This document shows positions 63,531-64,000 of a stretch of DNA of 64,000 bases, piece after piece. The stretch's first letter is position 1. Every line of letters starts with the position of its first letter. The notes beneath the pieces were generated by a model. That model saw only the letters and a program-made list of their open reading frames with translations. It did not search any database and was not told where the DNA came from. Source of the DNA: Spirochaetaceae bacterium (lineage in GTDB: Bacteria > Spirochaetota > Spirochaetia > DSM-27196 > SKKC01). Where the stretch lies: NCBI GenBank assembly GCA_007128315.1, contig SKXQ01000020.1, positions 1,421-65,420 on the forward strand, in the 5' to 3' direction. Both the position numbers and the translations under genes were made by a program.

Positions 63531-64000
63531 ATGCGTAAACGAGGTTTTTTTCTGATTATTGCGATTGTGGCGCTGGTCGGCACATCCGCATTCTCCCAGG
63601 TCAACGGTATGTACGGCAGGCAAATCGCCGCCGAGGGTCGGATCGAGACCGTTCAGGGTACCCTCGGGCTTGATGGTAACGAGTGGATTCTGAACGTCGG
63701 AAACATTGCGTACAATCTGCATCTTGGACGCTACGGTCATGAGCCTGATCTTGCCTTGAACGAAGGTACGTCTGCTGTCGTCGAAGGTTTTGTGATGGAG
63801 CGGGGTATCGCACCGGTCAGTATTCTGACCGAGGGCCAGGAACTCGCGTTCTGGCACGAGGACGGCTATCCACTCTGGGCGGGACGGGGCGCTCGAACAG
63901 AAGGTTTCAGCCAGATGCTTGACGGTGGTCGGGGAATGGCGTTTGCGGCGCAGGAACCTGCACCGACGACCCGCATGCGACGCGAGATGGAACGTCGGGA
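63531..64000 (+). CDS. Partial CDS (N-terminal 156 aa, runs off right edge): hypothetical secreted protein
   Basis: AGGAGGA Shine-Dalgarno at 63519-63525, 5 nt before ATG 63531. MRKRGFFLIIAIVALVGTSAFSQ signal peptide. Frame open to the window end. Confidence 0.6.
   Translation, partial: MRKRGFFLIIAIVALVGTSAFSQVNGMYGRQIAAEGRIETVQGTLGLDGNEWILNVGNIAYNLHLGRYGHEPDLALNEGTSAVVEGFVMERGIAPVSILTEGQELAFWHEDGYPLWAGRGARTEGFSQMLDGGRGMAFAAQEPAPTTRMRREMERR

Noticed and set aside
1-64000. Search for rRNA, tRNA, CRISPR arrays, IS elements/transposases, integrases, phage or recognisable defence-system genes
   Set aside because: Every intergenic gap was read. None has tRNA-like cloverleaf ends, repeat-spacer periodicity or terminal inverted repeats. 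No ORF translation shows transposase, integrase, nuclease-helicase or toxin-antitoxin signatures. This was a visual check only; tRNAscan, Infernal and defence-system HMM scans would be the decisive tests.

Overview
GC-rich bacterial chromosomal window, densely coding, about 58 protein genes. I found no rRNA, tRNA, CRISPR array, IS element or prophage. Gene content suggests a free-living spirochete-like organism; this is an inference from a six-gene mevalonate operon whose order matches, from memory, the Borrelia operon, plus a PrcB-type lipoprotein. Ordinary content: a peptide/nickel-type ABC importer, the mevalonate operon, mnmA, four two-component systems, GH43, coaBC, a rhamnose/AI-2-type sugar ABC importer, an ABC-2 exporter, MscS, an SLC12-like permease, Uup, and a TolC-MacAB-type efflux operon. 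Most interesting regions: (1) 44.4-50.7 kb holds a copper/redox island. It contains a NirK-like multicopper protein in which the catalytic Asp appears replaced by Ser, with a C-terminal cupredoxin fusion. It also holds an operon of a lipoprotein cupredoxin (His at the axial Met position), a di-heme ferric-reductase-type membrane protein and an aldo/keto reductase, plus SCO and a Cys-rich Crp/Fnr regulator. Three FNR-type TTGAC-N4-GTCAA palindromes tie these together. (2) 28.7-31.2 kb holds an NRDE/TANGO2-like domain fused to a lysolipid O-acyltransferase. It is translationally coupled to a hemolysin-like GNAT N-acyltransferase, a predicted aminolipid pathway with an unexplained extra domain. 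(3) 20.4-26.8 kb is a cluster of conserved unknowns around a TVP38 plus CxxxxC flavoprotein disulfide reductase pair. Smaller items are a possible structured RNA or long 3' UTR ending in a strong terminator, several candidate operators, a decayed MBL-fold pseudogene, and a lipoprotein with a flavinylation-type motif. All calls rest on reading the supplied ORF translations and the nucleotide sequence by eye; no searches or computations were run.
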